In this document: in pieces, positions 18,272 through 26,386 of the stretch
Position numbering within the stretch: position 1 is the first letter of the stretch
Layout: each line of letters begins with the position of its first letter
DNA from: a bacterium
Lineage (GTDB): Bacteria > J088 > JAWLBW01
Reading direction: 5' to 3'
DNA: 61,830 nucleotides
Assembly: GCA_041690355.1 (NCBI GenBank)
Contig: JAWLHK010000027.1
Coordinates: forward strand, 1 to 61,830
The notes under the pieces: model-generated
Database searches by the model: none
What the model saw: only the letters and a program-made list of their open reading frames with translations
What the model was told of the DNA's origin: nothing
Program-made: the position numbers and the translations under genes

Positions 18272-18913
18272 ATGATCCCGTCTGCGAAAAAGGTTCTGAA
18301 GAAAATTCCGCTGCTCAAGGCGGGGGTCGAAGAAGCGCGCCACCAGGCCTCGCGGCGGCGCGTGAACGCCATCCTTCGCGGTGCGCCGCAGATCTTCGTC
18401 GAGCTTGGCGCCGGCGAGAAGAAGGGCGCCGGCGGATGGGTCACAGTCGACGTGTCGAAGCACTGCGACCTGTACTGGGACCTGCGCCGGGGGCTCCCGT
18501 TTCCGGACGAGTCCGTCGCCGGAATCTATTCGTCCCACTTCCTCGAGCACCTGACGTTCCGCGAAGCCGGAACGCTGCTGGCGGAGTGCCGCAGGGTTCT
18601 CGTTCCGGGCGGATTCTTCTCGGTCTGCGTGCCGAATGCGCGGCTGTATATCGATGCCTACCTGCAGCCCGCCGCCGACCGCGCCGATGCGCTCCTGCGC
18701 TACACGCCCGCCCGCAACGGCACGACGGCCATTGACTTTCTCAACTACATCGCCTACATGGACGGCCACCACAAGTATATGTTCGATGAGGAGAACCTGG
18801 TGCATATCCTGACCGCGAATGGGTTCCGCAATGCGCGACTGCGCCCGTTCGACGCGGCGCTCGATCGTCCCGAGCGCCGCGAGGAGTCGATTTACGCGGT
18901 CGCCCAGAAGTAG
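18272..18913 (+). CDS. Class I SAM-dependent methyltransferase (type 11-like)
   Basis: VELGAG; DLRRGLPFPDESV..IYSSHFLEHL; RVLVPGG..SVCVP. Confidence 0.88.
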   Translation: MIPSAKKVLKKIPLLKAGVEEARHQASRRRVNAILRGAPQIFVELGAGEKKGAGGWVTVDVSKHCDLYWDLRRGLPFPDESVAGIYSSHFLEHLTFREAGTLLAECRRVLVPGGFFSVCVPNARLYIDAYLQPAADRADALLRYTPARNGTTAIDFLNYIAYMDGHHKYMFDEENLVHILTANGFRNARLRPFDAALDRPERREESIYAVAQK

Positions 18914-18963
18914 CCTCTGCCCGGCCGCGCCGTGGAACCTGAATGGGAGACAAGGAGATTCCG

Positions 18964-19431
18964 ATGCAACCCTCGACCGCCCCCGATCCGCTCGGCCACC
19001 GCCTGCTGCAGCTCGGCATCCTGCTGTTCCTCATCGGTCTGCTTACGGGGTTCGCCGTTCCCGCGTTCGCAAATCCGCGCATGGGGCTGGCGAGCCACCT
19101 CGAGGCGATCATGAACGGCCTCTTTCTCGCCGTGCTCGGGCTGCTGTGGCCCCGGCTGAACCTCGCCCGCCGCTCGCTGAGGATTCTCTTCGTACTCGCC
19201 GTTTACGGCACCTTCGCCAACTGGGCGGCGACGCTGCTGGCGGCGATCTGGGGCGCGGGCGCGCCGATGATGCCCCTGGCCGCCACCGGATTCGAAGGGA
19301 GCTCGATTCAGGAGCTTGTCATCAAGGGGCTTCTCGGCACCCTCTCGCTGGCCATCGTGGGCGCGTCGGGCATGGTTCTCTGGGGCCTGCGCCTTGGGCC
19401 GGCGGCACACAGTCCGGGGGAAAAGCGCTAA
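18964..19431 (+). CDS. Styrene-oxide-isomerase (StyC)-like membrane protein
   Basis: AAGGAG RBS; G.LLFLIGLLTGF.VP.F.NPRMGLASHLE..MNG; four TM segments. Confidence 0.7.
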   Translation: MQPSTAPDPLGHRLLQLGILLFLIGLLTGFAVPAFANPRMGLASHLEAIMNGLFLAVLGLLWPRLNLARRSLRILFVLAVYGTFANWAATLLAAIWGAGAPMMPLAATGFEGSSIQELVIKGLLGTLSLAIVGASGMVLWGLRLGPAAHSPGEKR

Positions 19432-19520
19432 GCGCCAAGCGCTGAGCGCTGACCTGCAACGACGTGGCGCGCCTTGTTCTTGCCGGAAGATTCGTCACTC
19501 GTCACTCGTAACTCGTCATT
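19421..19520 (-). repeat. Composite heptamer element, copy 2 (inverted relative to copy 1)
   Basis: aaaagcgctaagcgccaagcgctgagcgct ... ccttgttcttgccggaa ... ttcgtcactcgtcactcgtaactcgtca. Confidence 0.85.
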
Positions 19521-19609
19521 TGTCCCGAAATCGTCAATCGTAAATCGTCGCTCGTCAATTCGCGTGTCCCGGAATCGTCAATCGTAAATCGTCACTCGTC
19601 AATTCGCGT
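19521..19609 (-). repeat. 44-bp tandem duplication containing (AATCGTC)n tracts
   Basis: tgtcccgaaatcgtcaatcgtaaatcgtcgctcgtcaattcgcg followed by a near-identical copy. Confidence 0.9.
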
Positions 19610-19797
19610 CATCCGCTGCGCTGCCCCGGCCGGTCGAGTTCTTCGTTGGGGCGGAGTTCTTCTTTGGGGGACAGATCGGCATCGACGTCGAGCCCCGGTT
19701 GCGGCTGGGTTCCGTGACGGCGGACGGCCCGCGCGGCCGCCTCGCGAAGTTCAGCGAGGGATTCTTCTTTTTCCAGTTGTTCGCGATCTCCGGCCAT
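19609..19797 (-). CDS. Small charged hypothetical protein (62 aa)
   Basis: AAGGAG RBS 7 nt before ATG; hydrophilic sequence. Confidence 0.55.
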   Translation of the reverse strand: MAGDREQLEKEESLAELREAAARAVRRHGTQPQPGLDVDADLSPKEELRPNEELDRPGQRSG

Positions 19798-19871
19798 GAG
19801 TCGTCTCCTTGAATGGATTCATGGTGACGGAGCGGGCCTTCACGGTTCGAAGGTGGGCGGTCGAAGGGCGA

Positions 19872-20131
19872 GTGCGACCCCGCCGGGGTCGTGTCGGAAA
19901 TCGGGGGCGTTCGTGCTCAAGAGTGGGACCCCGCCGGGGTCCTTCATTGTACCTGCGGGCCCGAACCGATGTGAAGCTACGGGACCGTCGAGGAGTGGCT
20001 GATCGGCGCGCACGGAATGCGACGATGCTGGTTCGCAAGGGCACAAGCTGAAGGCACTTCCTCTTCGAATCCCTCTTCGAACCCCTCTTCGGGTCCCCCT
20101 TCGGGTCCCCCTTCGGGGGACGACAGGGGGG
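19872..20131 (+). repeat. REP-like cluster: two GACCCCGCCGGGGTC palindromes plus a 12-bp tandem repeat; related to the reverse complement of 41776-41965
   Basis: Palindromes at 19876-19890 and 19926-19942; ttcgaatccctc/ttcgaacccctc/ttcgggtccccc/ttcgggtccccc at 20064-20111. Confidence 0.75.
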
Positions 20132-20140
20132 CTCGCAGGG

Positions 20141-20232
20141 AAAAGCGCCAAGCGCCAAGTACTAAGCGCCAATCAAGAAGAACGTGGGTTTCCTTGCCCT
20201 TGCCGAAAACTCGTCACTCGTCACTCGTCACT
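20141..20232 (-). repeat. Composite heptamer element, copy 3
   Basis: aaaagcgccaagcgccaagtactaagcgcc ... tccttgcccttgccgaaa ... ctcgtcactcgtcactcgtca; contains the stop of CDS 20228-23299. Confidence 0.85.
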
Positions 20233-23200
20233 CTCCAAGGATCCTCACTTTCCGCCCGGTGATGCCGCTCGCGGCGCGCAGGCCCGACATGACTGCCGCT
20301 TCGACACAGCCCGCGTTGATGCCGGTCTTCGTCCAGTCGCCCGCGAGAAAGAGATTGTCAAAGCCGGATTCGTCGGCGGGCAGGCGGTATTTCGTGCTCC
20401 CCTTCACGCTCAACACATAGCGCTCGGTCGGATCGATGTTTACGCGGAAGTACTGCGCGCGGAACCGGTCGAGGCCCGTGCCGCCCGCCGGATCGATCAG
20501 CTTCGCGTAATCGAGCGCCGGCGTTTCCGGGTTCACAGCTTTGGGCCAGAGGTGGCCCGTGTATTTCTCGAACCAGGCGCGGGCGACCTCCTGCAGGCGA
20601 TCGAGTTCCCGCTGGGGAAAGCCATGATCGCTGTAGGGGGGAATTACGGGTGCGTCCTGAAACGGTCCGCAGTGATAGGCAATGTTCTTCGGTTCCGCGC
20701 CGGCCGGCCAGGCCTCGCGCACGATCAGATTCGACATGTCGGCCCAGGTGTTCAGCGGCTGCGCATAGGCGTCCAGGACCGTGCGCGGATACTTCCACCC
20801 GAGTTCTTCCGTGTCAGGGTGGAACCAGAGCTGGACGGCCAGCGTCTGCACGGTTTTCACCTGGTGCAGCATGTTGGCCCAGTCCTGCCGCGCGCTCACG
20901 AGTTCGCCGCAGATCTCGGGCAGCGCGGCCAGCGAGATGCCGAGGATGACGTCGTCGAAATCCTCTTCCTGCCAGAGCGTGATCTCTTCCACGTCGGTCC
21001 ACGGGGTCCACGCGCTCTCGAGGTTGATCCCGTGCGCCTGCAACTGCGGACCCTCGACCAGCTGATCGTAGAGCGGATGGCTCGGCCAGCAGGGGAGGTC
21101 CTTCACATCCACCAGGGGTTCGTACGTCGCGTTCTTGAGCGTCGCCTGGCGGCCGAGGACGATGGAATCGATGGAGCGCTTGTCGGCCGACAGCTTGAGC
21201 TGCTTGACCTTGTGGAAGAACTGGAAGTTCACGCCGCGCCGCTTCAGGACTTCGTAGAGCGGCGTGAAGACGACGTCGCCCATCCCCGCCTGCATCTTCC
21301 AGAAGATGGCCCCTTTGTAAGTGAAGGCCATGCGCAGGCATCCGCGCAGGGCGGTGCCGGCGGCGAGATTCGGGCGGTCCGTGTCGCCGCTCTCGTATCC
21401 GAAGACGAGATCGTAGACGCCGCGGATCGGCGCCGAGCGTAGCGTCAGTTCCGACGCATCGTGGCGGCGGAGCCACTCGATGAAGTCCCAGCGGTCGATG
21501 TGGTCGAAGCCGCGCAGCACGACCTCGTCGTCGATCATGCCGCGGATCATGGTGTAGCCCATGTCCATCAGAATCCACAGGCGGCGCGCCTCTTCGTTCT
21601 GTTCCACCTCGTCTTCGATCAGGCGCCACAGCCAGTCGATGAACCCGTCGAGCAGCTGAAGCACGAGAAAGCGCTGTGCGCCCGGTTCCCCCGAGATCGC
21701 TTTCGCGAGGCGCAGCGCGCCATAGAGCAGGGCGGTCGAACCGGCATTGATGACGGTGGTCGCGAAGTCTTCGGCAAAGTCGCGGATGGCGTTCAGGCCG
21801 GGGAGATCCCAGAGTCCGCTGCTGGATGCGGGAACCGGATCGACGACGGGGTAGGAGGAACCCTGCAGCGCTTCAATCATCCACTCCAGAAGCATCTGTA
21901 CGTAGTCCCACGGTTCGGGGAGCAGATCGCCGTCGCCGGGGAGCTCGTCGTTGTTCGGGAAGTTGAAGTTCCAGTGGAACCAGCGGTCGCCGACCTTTTC
22001 TTCGAGCGTGATGAAGTTGTGCTCCTTGAAGGCGTCGCGCCAGGTGGCGAGGGGCTTGCCGGGTTCGCGTCCCCATTCCGCATAGGCCTCGCGCATGACG
22101 CGGAAGGCGTTGTCGTAGAAGCCGAGCCAGATGTGCAGGCCGTGCTCCTCGATCCGCTCCCCGAACTGCGGATTCCGTCCGCTGGCCCCCTTGCCGCCGA
22201 GGCGCCATCCCATCTGGAAGACCGTGATCTCGTACTTGTCCTTCCAATCGGGCTCCGACGTGAGCGACCAGACGGCCGAGAGCGCCCCGACGCCGCCGCC
22301 GAGCACGGCGATCTTCCGGCGCACGGGCGGATTCTGGGTGCGCCAGAGTTCGCGTCCCGTCTCCATGTTGAAGTCGTAGTCGACCCAGGCGGAAAGCCGC
22401 ACCGGCTGCGGGCCCGCCTGCAGGCCGAGCTCCTGCGCGACCGGATGGCTGTCGAGCTGCGCGATCGTCAGCTGATAGTCCCCGAGGCTCAGGCCGCCGC
22501 CGCGGAATTCGGTGACGGTTGCCGGCGCTTCGGCAATGGACTGGTAACAGGCCTGGCGCGGCTGGGCCACGTCGCGGAACTGTTTGAGGAACGCAATGGA
22601 AACCTGCGGCTGCAGAAAGGCCGGCAGGGGAATGGCGTCGGCGAAACCGGGCAGAGTTAGACTGCCGCTCCCCCCCGTGAACAGGTTCGCGACGGCGTCC
22701 GCGGCCTCGTTCAGGTTCGTCCAGACGGTCTCTGGGGTCCCCGGAGGGGCGTCGGCGATCCGTTCCACCGCGAGCAGGCGATAGGGTTTTCCCTCGGCCG
22801 TCGGTGCGAACCGCTCGAAGCCGACCGTGTCGACCGTCAGGCGATCGGGCGCGCGGAAGTCGCTGGGGAGCGTGAAGGTCCCCATCGCCTTGTGAAAGCC
22901 GTAGACCTCGCGGCCGGCGGCCATGGCGTAGGCGTTGTCGACGAAGAGATACGGGTTGAACCAGCGGAAGCGATCGGGGAGCCAGAGGCCTGCAATCCGC
23001 TTCAGGCCGATGAGCGGAACCCAGAAGGCGACGTCGACCTCGGGCATCCAGCCGATGTTGCGGTCCACCGGATCGCTGGAGGTGATCGAGGCGATGTCGG
23101 CCAGGGTCAGCATGACGAACGGCGCTGCGACGACATACCGCACGTTCCCCTCGGCGGGCTCGTTCAGGTACTTGTCGCAGGTACGCTGCAGCGCGGCGTA

Positions 23201-23299
23201 ATCGGCGTCGAGGAAGAAGGCATTGAGCTTCACACCCTTCATCACGTACGGCTGACGGAAGACCAGCTCGCCCCCGCGATCCACATACTGTCCGGCCAT
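20228..23299 (-). CDS. Fusion of an acetoacetate-decarboxylase-like domain and an FAD-dependent oxidoreductase (phytoene desaturase/amine oxidase-like)
   Basis: N-terminal PYLFVDN..AMAAGREVYGF.K and AFLKQFRD; central KIAVLGGGVG, RLGGKGASGR, EEHGLHIW.GFY; C-terminal LFLAGDWT...AGCVEAAVMSG. Confidence 0.88.
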   Translation of the reverse strand: MAGQYVDRGGELVFRQPYVMKGVKLNAFFLDADYAALQRTCDKYLNEPAEGNVRYVVAAPFVMLTLADIASITSSDPVDRNIGWMPEVDVAFWVPLIGLKRIAGLWLPDRFRWFNPYLFVDNAYAMAAGREVYGFHKAMGTFTLPSDFRAPDRLTVDTVGFERFAPTAEGKPYRLLAVERIADAPPGTPETVWTNLNEAADAVANLFTGGSGSLTLPGFADAIPLPAFLQPQVSIAFLKQFRDVAQPRQACYQSIAEAPATVTEFRGGGLSLGDYQLTIAQLDSHPVAQELGLQAGPQPVRLSAWVDYDFNMETGRELWRTQNPPVRRKIAVLGGGVGALSAVWSLTSEPDWKDKYEITVFQMGWRLGGKGASGRNPQFGERIEEHGLHIWLGFYDNAFRVMREAYAEWGREPGKPLATWRDAFKEHNFITLEEKVGDRWFHWNFNFPNNDELPGDGDLLPEPWDYVQMLLEWMIEALQGSSYPVVDPVPASSSGLWDLPGLNAIRDFAEDFATTVINAGSTALLYGALRLAKAISGEPGAQRFLVLQLLDGFIDWLWRLIEDEVEQNEEARRLWILMDMGYTMIRGMIDDEVVLRGFDHIDRWDFIEWLRRHDASELTLRSAPIRGVYDLVFGYESGDTDRPNLAAGTALRGCLRMAFTYKGAIFWKMQAGMGDVVFTPLYEVLKRRGVNFQFFHKVKQLKLSADKRSIDSIVLGRQATLKNATYEPLVDVKDLPCWPSHPLYDQLVEGPQLQAHGINLESAWTPWTDVEEITLWQEEDFDDVILGISLAALPEICGELVSARQDWANMLHQVKTVQTLAVQLWFHPDTEELGWKYPRTVLDAYAQPLNTWADMSNLIVREAWPAGAEPKNIAYHCGPFQDAPVIPPYSDHGFPQRELDRLQEVARAWFEKYTGHLWPKAVNPETPALDYAKLIDPAGGTGLDRFRAQYFRVNIDPTERYVLSVKGSTKYRLPADESGFDNLFLAGDWTKTGINAGCVEAAVMSGLRAASGITGRKVRILGE

Positions 23300-23461
23300 G
23301 TTCGACTCCCTCGTGTCAGGAAAACGGATATCGTACCAAAACGCTTCGCAGAGCGCTGCGCATTATCGACGCCCGGGGGTGACCCGGCTCACACCCCGGC
23401 GGGGTGGAGTATGGTACGGTGACTCGAACGGCGATATTGCCTTGGTTTCGAAGGATCGACG

Positions 23462-24202
23462 ATGCAGCACGCAGAACTGGAACGTAACGCGACCGCCACC
23501 TTGCCGCCGATGGGCTGGGGTCAGACGCTGCTTCTTTTCGGCGCCGCGGGCCTGTTGATGCTTGCGGCCACCCACGGCCTGATTCCGTGGCTGAGCGCGG
23601 CCACCGGCCTCGAGCCTGTTGTCTTCTGGTTCCTCGTCGGCGGCTTCGGCGTCTTTCTCCCCGTCGTTCTCGTCGGTGGATTCCTGCTCCGGAGCGAACC
23701 GGGGCACCTGCGTCCCCTGTGGAGCGAACGACTGCGTTTCCGCCGGATGAACCGCGGCGACTGGGCCTGGGGGATGGGCGCCCTGGTGGTCATCGGCGCG
23801 CTCAGTGGCGCCGTGCAGGGGGGCGTGACCTGGCTGCTCGGCACCTTCGACACGCACCCGCCGTTCATGGCCTTCGAGCCGGTCGGGCCGGGCCGCTACT
23901 GGATTCTCGCCGCGTGGCTCCCGTTCTGGCTGCTGAACATTCTGGGGGAAGAGTTCGTCTGGCGCGGCGTGCTGCTGCCGCGTCAGGAGGCAACCCTCGG
24001 CCACCGCGCGTGGATGGCCCACGCGGCCGGCTGGACGCTCTTCCACATCGCCTTCGGCTGGCAGATGGTGCTCATGCTGCTCCCGATTCTGATTATCCTT
24101 CCCTGGGTCGTCCAGAAGCGGGGGAACTCGTGGATCGGCGTGCTCATTCATGCCGGCCTGAACGGTCCGGGCTTCATTGCGGTGGCCTTCGGGTTGGCTT
24201 GA
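23462..24202 (+). CDS. CPBP family intramembrane metalloprotease
   Basis: GEEFVWRG, WTLFH and IHAGLN motifs; multiple TM segments. Confidence 0.88.
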   Translation: MQHAELERNATATLPPMGWGQTLLLFGAAGLLMLAATHGLIPWLSAATGLEPVVFWFLVGGFGVFLPVVLVGGFLLRSEPGHLRPLWSERLRFRRMNRGDWAWGMGALVVIGALSGAVQGGVTWLLGTFDTHPPFMAFEPVGPGRYWILAAWLPFWLLNILGEEFVWRGVLLPRQEATLGHRAWMAHAAGWTLFHIAFGWQMVLMLLPILIILPWVVQKRGNSWIGVLIHAGLNGPGFIAVAFGLA

Positions 24203-24273
24203 GGGGCCGGCCGTCTTCTCCAGGGAACCTGACTGGAAATCCGATCTCGTTCGGCGAAGCTGGGCGGCCGGAT

Positions 24274-24293
24274 GTATATTGTTGTTGTATACT
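24274..24293 (+). promoter_or_regulatory. Probable brnTA -10 box with an overlapping inverted-repeat operator
   Basis: GTATA-N9-TATAC; TATACT lies 6 nt before ATG 24300. Confidence 0.55.
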
Positions 24294-24299
24294 GAAGGC

Positions 24300-24614
24300 A
24301 TGGCGGTTCTTCCCGAGTTCTTTCGCGGAATCACTTATTTCGAGTGGGACGAAGGCAACGCGGCGAAGAGCTGGACGAAGCACGCGGTGACGCAGCCTGA
24401 AGCGGAGCAGGGTTTTTTCAACCGGCCGATCCTGGTTACAGACGACCAGGCGCACTCGGTTGAGGAACGGCGGCACTTTGCATTGGGTGTAACGGATTAC
24501 GGCCGGCCCCTGCTGATCGTGTTCACGCTGCGGCCCCCCGCACTGCGGGTGATATCGGCGCGGCCCATGCGCCGGAGGGAACGGTTGATTTATGAAAAAG
24601 CCGAAGCAGAATAA
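24300..24614 (+). CDS. brnT: BrnT family toxin
   Basis: FEWDEGN..K...KH.V...EAE..F; HS..E.R..ALG; VFTLR...RVISAR.M...ER..YE. Confidence 0.92.
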   Translation: MAVLPEFFRGITYFEWDEGNAAKSWTKHAVTQPEAEQGFFNRPILVTDDQAHSVEERRHFALGVTDYGRPLLIVFTLRPPALRVISARPMRRRERLIYEKAEAE

Positions 24615-24924
24615 GAAAGTGCCCCGGTTTCGCAGCGAAGCCGCAGAACGCGATTTCTGGCAGGAAACCGACACGGCCGATTACGTGGATTGGAGCCGGG
24701 CACGCGTCGGCGTGTTTCCGGATCTGAAGCCGTCGACGGAGACCATCTCTCTACGTCTTCCCGCGGGTCTCTTGGCAGAACTCAAGATTCTCGCGAACCA
24801 GCGGGATGTTCCTTATCAGTCGCTCCTGAAGGTCTTTCTTGCCGAGCGCGTTGCCGCAGAGCGCGGCTACACCTTGAGCCCCGAGGCAAGAGAGCGCGTA
24901 CGAAAAGGCTCAGGTTCGCGCTGA
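24592..24924 (+). CDS. brnA: BrnA/CopG-family antitoxin
   Basis: P.F.SE..ER.FW...DT.DYVDW; LKPST.TISLRLP; VPYQSLLK; overlaps brnT. Confidence 0.92.
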   Translation: MKKPKQNKKVPRFRSEAAERDFWQETDTADYVDWSRARVGVFPDLKPSTETISLRLPAGLLAELKILANQRDVPYQSLLKVFLAERVAAERGYTLSPEARERVRKGSGSR

Positions 24925-24951
24925 AAACGAATACGCATTCTGGAGGTGGCC

Positions 24952-25170
24952 ATGACCAAGCCGAAACGCGACGTCGAGAAGGATTACCCGAAGGCCGATT
25001 TCGTGGCGAAGCTTCGCCGCCTGGCCGACGCCATCGAAAACGGCGACAAGTTCGAGATCATGATTGCGGGGGAACGCATCTACGTACCGGTGCGCGCGCA
25101 GTACAATCTCGAGCACGAGCGGTCGGCGAGCGAAGAAGAAATCGAGTTCCAGATCAAGTGGACGCTCTGA
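24952..25170 (+). CDS. Amphi-Trp domain protein
   Basis: GGAGGT RBS; FVAKLRRLADAIE; terminal EIEFQIKW. Confidence 0.85.
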   Translation: MTKPKRDVEKDYPKADFVAKLRRLADAIENGDKFEIMIAGERIYVPVRAQYNLEHERSASEEEIEFQIKWTL

Positions 25171-25255
25171 AGATCGCTCCACCGCAAGTTTACGAAGTTC
25201 TACCTCAAAGGCCGGTTTCAATGAAGAAACGATCTGAGCAGTGTCGCGTATCCGC

Positions 25256-26248
25256 CTACTCCACCATCCCCCTTTCCCGGAAGTACGCCACGGCGTCGCG
25301 GATGGTCTCCTCGATCGGCCGGTAGCTCGCGCCGAGCTCGCGGATGGATTTCGCATTGTCGTAAAAGGCCGGCTTCAGCATGTAATTGAAGAAGGGGAGG
25401 GTGATCTCGGGCTCCTCTCCCTTGCGGATGCGCTGCAGCGACCAGAGCGTGAGGCCTGCCTGCACGACGCGGGTCGGCAGCTTGCGGAACTTCGGACGGA
25501 TCCCGAGCACGCGCGCCATCGTTTCGCCCAGCTGCAGGTTGTTCAGGTTGTGGGCGCTCGCGATGTAGACCTCGCCGGCTTTCCCCTTCTGCGCCGCAAG
25601 GACGTGCACGCGGGCGGCGTCGCGCACGTCGACGTACGAAATTCCGCCCTCGACGTAGATCGGCGCCTTCTGGCCTTTGACGAGGTTGATAATCAGCTTG
25701 CCGCTCGGCGTCGGCGCCACGTCGCCCGGTCCGAAGATCACCCCCGGGCAGACGATGCGCACGTCGAGCCCCCAGTCGGCAAAGGCCTTCGCCGTGCGCA
25801 GACCGATGTGCTTCGAGCGGCTGTAGTGGAAGTTGACGTCCCACGCTTCGTAGGGCGTCTCTTCGTTCCCCAGCGTCCCCGGTTCGGGCCGCCCGAGCGC
25901 CACGATGCTGGCCGTGTAGACGACCCGCTCGACGCCGGCCCGGCGCGCGGCTTCGAGGACGTTGAAGGTGCCGCGCTGCGAGACCTCGTACATAGGGTCA
26001 GGATTCCGCATGTAATCCTTGTAGATGGCGGCGACGTGGAAGACGGTGTCGCAGCCGGCGACCGCCTCCTGCACCCGTTCGGGGAGCAGCACGTTGCCGT
26101 GCACGATCTCGACCTCCAGATCCTTCAGGTTCTCGAGCGGCTCTGTGGGCAGCGCGAGCACGCGCACGGCGACCCCCGCGTCGAGGAGCTGGCGGACGAT
26201 GGCGCTGCCGAGAAATCCGGCGCCGCCGGTAACGAGGGCCTTCTGCAT
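25256..26248 (-). CDS. NAD-dependent epimerase/dehydratase (HpnA/dihydroflavonol reductase-like)
   Basis: ALVTGGAGFLG; FHVAA; YSRSK; GPGDVAPTPSG; VDVRDAA. Confidence 0.92.
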   Translation of the reverse strand: MQKALVTGGAGFLGSAIVRQLLDAGVAVRVLALPTEPLENLKDLEVEIVHGNVLLPERVQEAVAGCDTVFHVAAIYKDYMRNPDPMYEVSQRGTFNVLEAARRAGVERVVYTASIVALGRPEPGTLGNEETPYEAWDVNFHYSRSKHIGLRTAKAFADWGLDVRIVCPGVIFGPGDVAPTPSGKLIINLVKGQKAPIYVEGGISYVDVRDAARVHVLAAQKGKAGEVYIASAHNLNNLQLGETMARVLGIRPKFRKLPTRVVQAGLTLWSLQRIRKGEEPEITLPFFNYMLKPAFYDNAKSIRELGASYRPIEETIRDAVAYFRERGMVE

Positions 26249-26328
26249 GCGGGAATCCTTTCTTCGTCCGGCGCTTCGTCTACCGGGCGGTAGGTGTCCG
26301 GGCCACACCATTTTACCCCGGTTTCGTT

Positions 26329-26357
26329 TTGACTTACAGTCGCCCCCTCCTTACACT
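26329..26357 (+). promoter_or_regulatory. Sigma70-type promoter of the ileS operon
   Basis: TTGACT-17 nt-TACACT ending 29 nt before the ATG. Confidence 0.75.
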
Positions 26358-26386
26358 GAAAGGTTTAATGTTGTCAGGATCAGAAA

